Shown here in pieces: positions 63,036-64,000 of a DNA stretch of 64,000 nt (position 1 is its first letter; every line of letters starts with the position of its first letter). The DNA comes from a bacterium (lineage in GTDB: Bacteria > UBA8248): positions 1,312,001 to 1,376,000 of the forward strand of contig OZ242260.1 of the NCBI GenBank assembly GCA_965207065.1, read 5' to 3'. Made by a program: the position numbers and the translations under genes. Under the pieces are notes generated by a model. It did no database searches. It saw nothing but the letters and a program-made list of their open reading frames with translations, and had not been told where the DNA came from.

Positions 63036-64000
63036 ATGAGTAATCCTGACGACCGAAAAGTCGCCGAGCAGGGAGAAGAGGCGCGCGATCCAGGTCTGGC
63101 TGCGGCAATGTTGCGCATTGGTGCCAGCCTCGATCTGGATACCGTCCTCAATGAGGTGGTGAAAAGCGCCCGCGAACTGACCGGCGCGCGCTACGGCGCC
63201 ATCGCTACCATCGACGAAACAGGAGCGCCCCTGGATTTCGTCTCCTCAGGTTTTACCGAAGAGGAGCACCGCACCATAGCCGAATTGCCCGACGGCCCGA
63301 ACCTCTTCGAGGTCTTCCGTGACCTGCGGGGGCCGCTGCGCATCGCCGACGTGCAGGCCTACATCCGCTCGCTCGGCTTTTCGACCTTCTTCATGCCGGC
63401 GACGTCGAAGACCTTCCAGGGAACGCCGATGCGTCACCGGGGGGAGCACGTCGGCAATTTCTACCTCGTCGAGAAGGATGGCGGGGAACAGTTTACGGAT
63501 GCGGACGAGGAGGTTCTGCTGCTGTTCGCCGCTCAGGCGGCCGCCGCCATCGCCCATGCCCGCGCCTACCGCGACGAGCGGCGCGCCCGCGCCGACCTCG
63601 AAGCGCTCATCGAGACCTCGCCGGTCGGGGTCGCGGTGTTTGACGCGGCGAGCGGCAATCCGGTTTCGTTAAACCGCGAGGCCAAGCGGATCATGGAAAG
63701 CCTGCGCATACCGGGCCAACCGCCGGAGCAATTGCTTGAGTGCATGATTTGCAGGTTCGCTGACGGGCGCGAGATTGCGCTCGCCGAGTTGCCTTTTGCC
63801 GCGGTGCTGACCAACGCGGAGACGATGCGCGCCGAGGAGATCGAATTCTCTGTTCCCGATGGACGCAGCGTGACCACGCTGATCAACGCCACCCCGATCC
63901 GTGGTGAGGACGGTGCGTTCGTCTCCGTGGTGGTCACGATGCAGGACCTCGCGCCACTCGAGGAACTGGAGCGCATGCGGGCCGGGTTCCTGAGCATGGT
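63036..64000 (+). CDS. GAF-PAS sensor histidine kinase, truncated by the window end (absent from the ORF track)
   Basis: AAGGAGG RBS; SLDLDTVL..ARYGAI, FTDADEEVL..FAAQA, PAS, ends at ERMRAGFLSM (start of HisKA). Confidence 0.85.
   Translation, partial: MSNPDDRKVAEQGEEARDPGLAAAMLRIGASLDLDTVLNEVVKSARELTGARYGAIATIDETGAPLDFVSSGFTEEEHRTIAELPDGPNLFEVFRDLRGPLRIADVQAYIRSLGFSTFFMPATSKTFQGTPMRHRGEHVGNFYLVEKDGGEQFTDADEEVLLLFAAQAAAAIAHARAYRDERRARADLEALIETSPVGVAVFDAASGNPVSLNREAKRIMESLRIPGQPPEQLLECMICRFADGREIALAELPFAAVLTNAETMRAEEIEFSVPDGRSVTTLINATPIRGEDGAFVSVVVTMQDLAPLEELERMRAGFLSM

Overview
A GC-rich bacterial chromosome segment, probably from a marine sponge symbiont. That inference rests on a complete sup-type PKS cluster, a stand-alone ERG4/ERG24 sterol reductase and several surface-protein remnants; the taxon cannot be fixed from this window. 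Layout: 0.7-7 kb catabolic genes (LigAB-type dioxygenase, MDR oxidoreductase, ThDP enzyme, crotonase, 2-hydroxyacid dehydrogenase, YtoQ). A ~27 kb accessory region lies between tRNA-Ser(GGA) and tRNA-Ser(GCT). It holds relaxase, autotransporter and nuclease relics, a LuxR regulator with a lipoprotein, the supA-E cluster, a second ACP, a Rieske oxygenase, an Fe/2OG enzyme with a halogenase-type HxG motif, and an S8 protease. Core genes follow (cyclophilin, recR-ybaB-dnaX, SRP RNA, kbl, fhs), then an ABC transporter with PrpD, amidase, cupins and a hydrolase, and a truncated sensor kinase. Main candidates: (1) two adjacent genes broken in the ORF track by in-frame TGA codons at their catalytic Cys positions, each followed by a SECIS-like hairpin, i.e. 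a tandem OsmC-like plus DUF442-like selenoprotein pair at 41821-42859; (2) the candidate halogenase and Rieske oxygenase appended to the sup cluster; (3) a 16-nt perfect complement of the 16S rRNA 3' end in front of a 12-codon ORF; (4) a ~450 bp non-coding element present twice in inverted orientation. Family assignments come from recognised motifs, not database searches.
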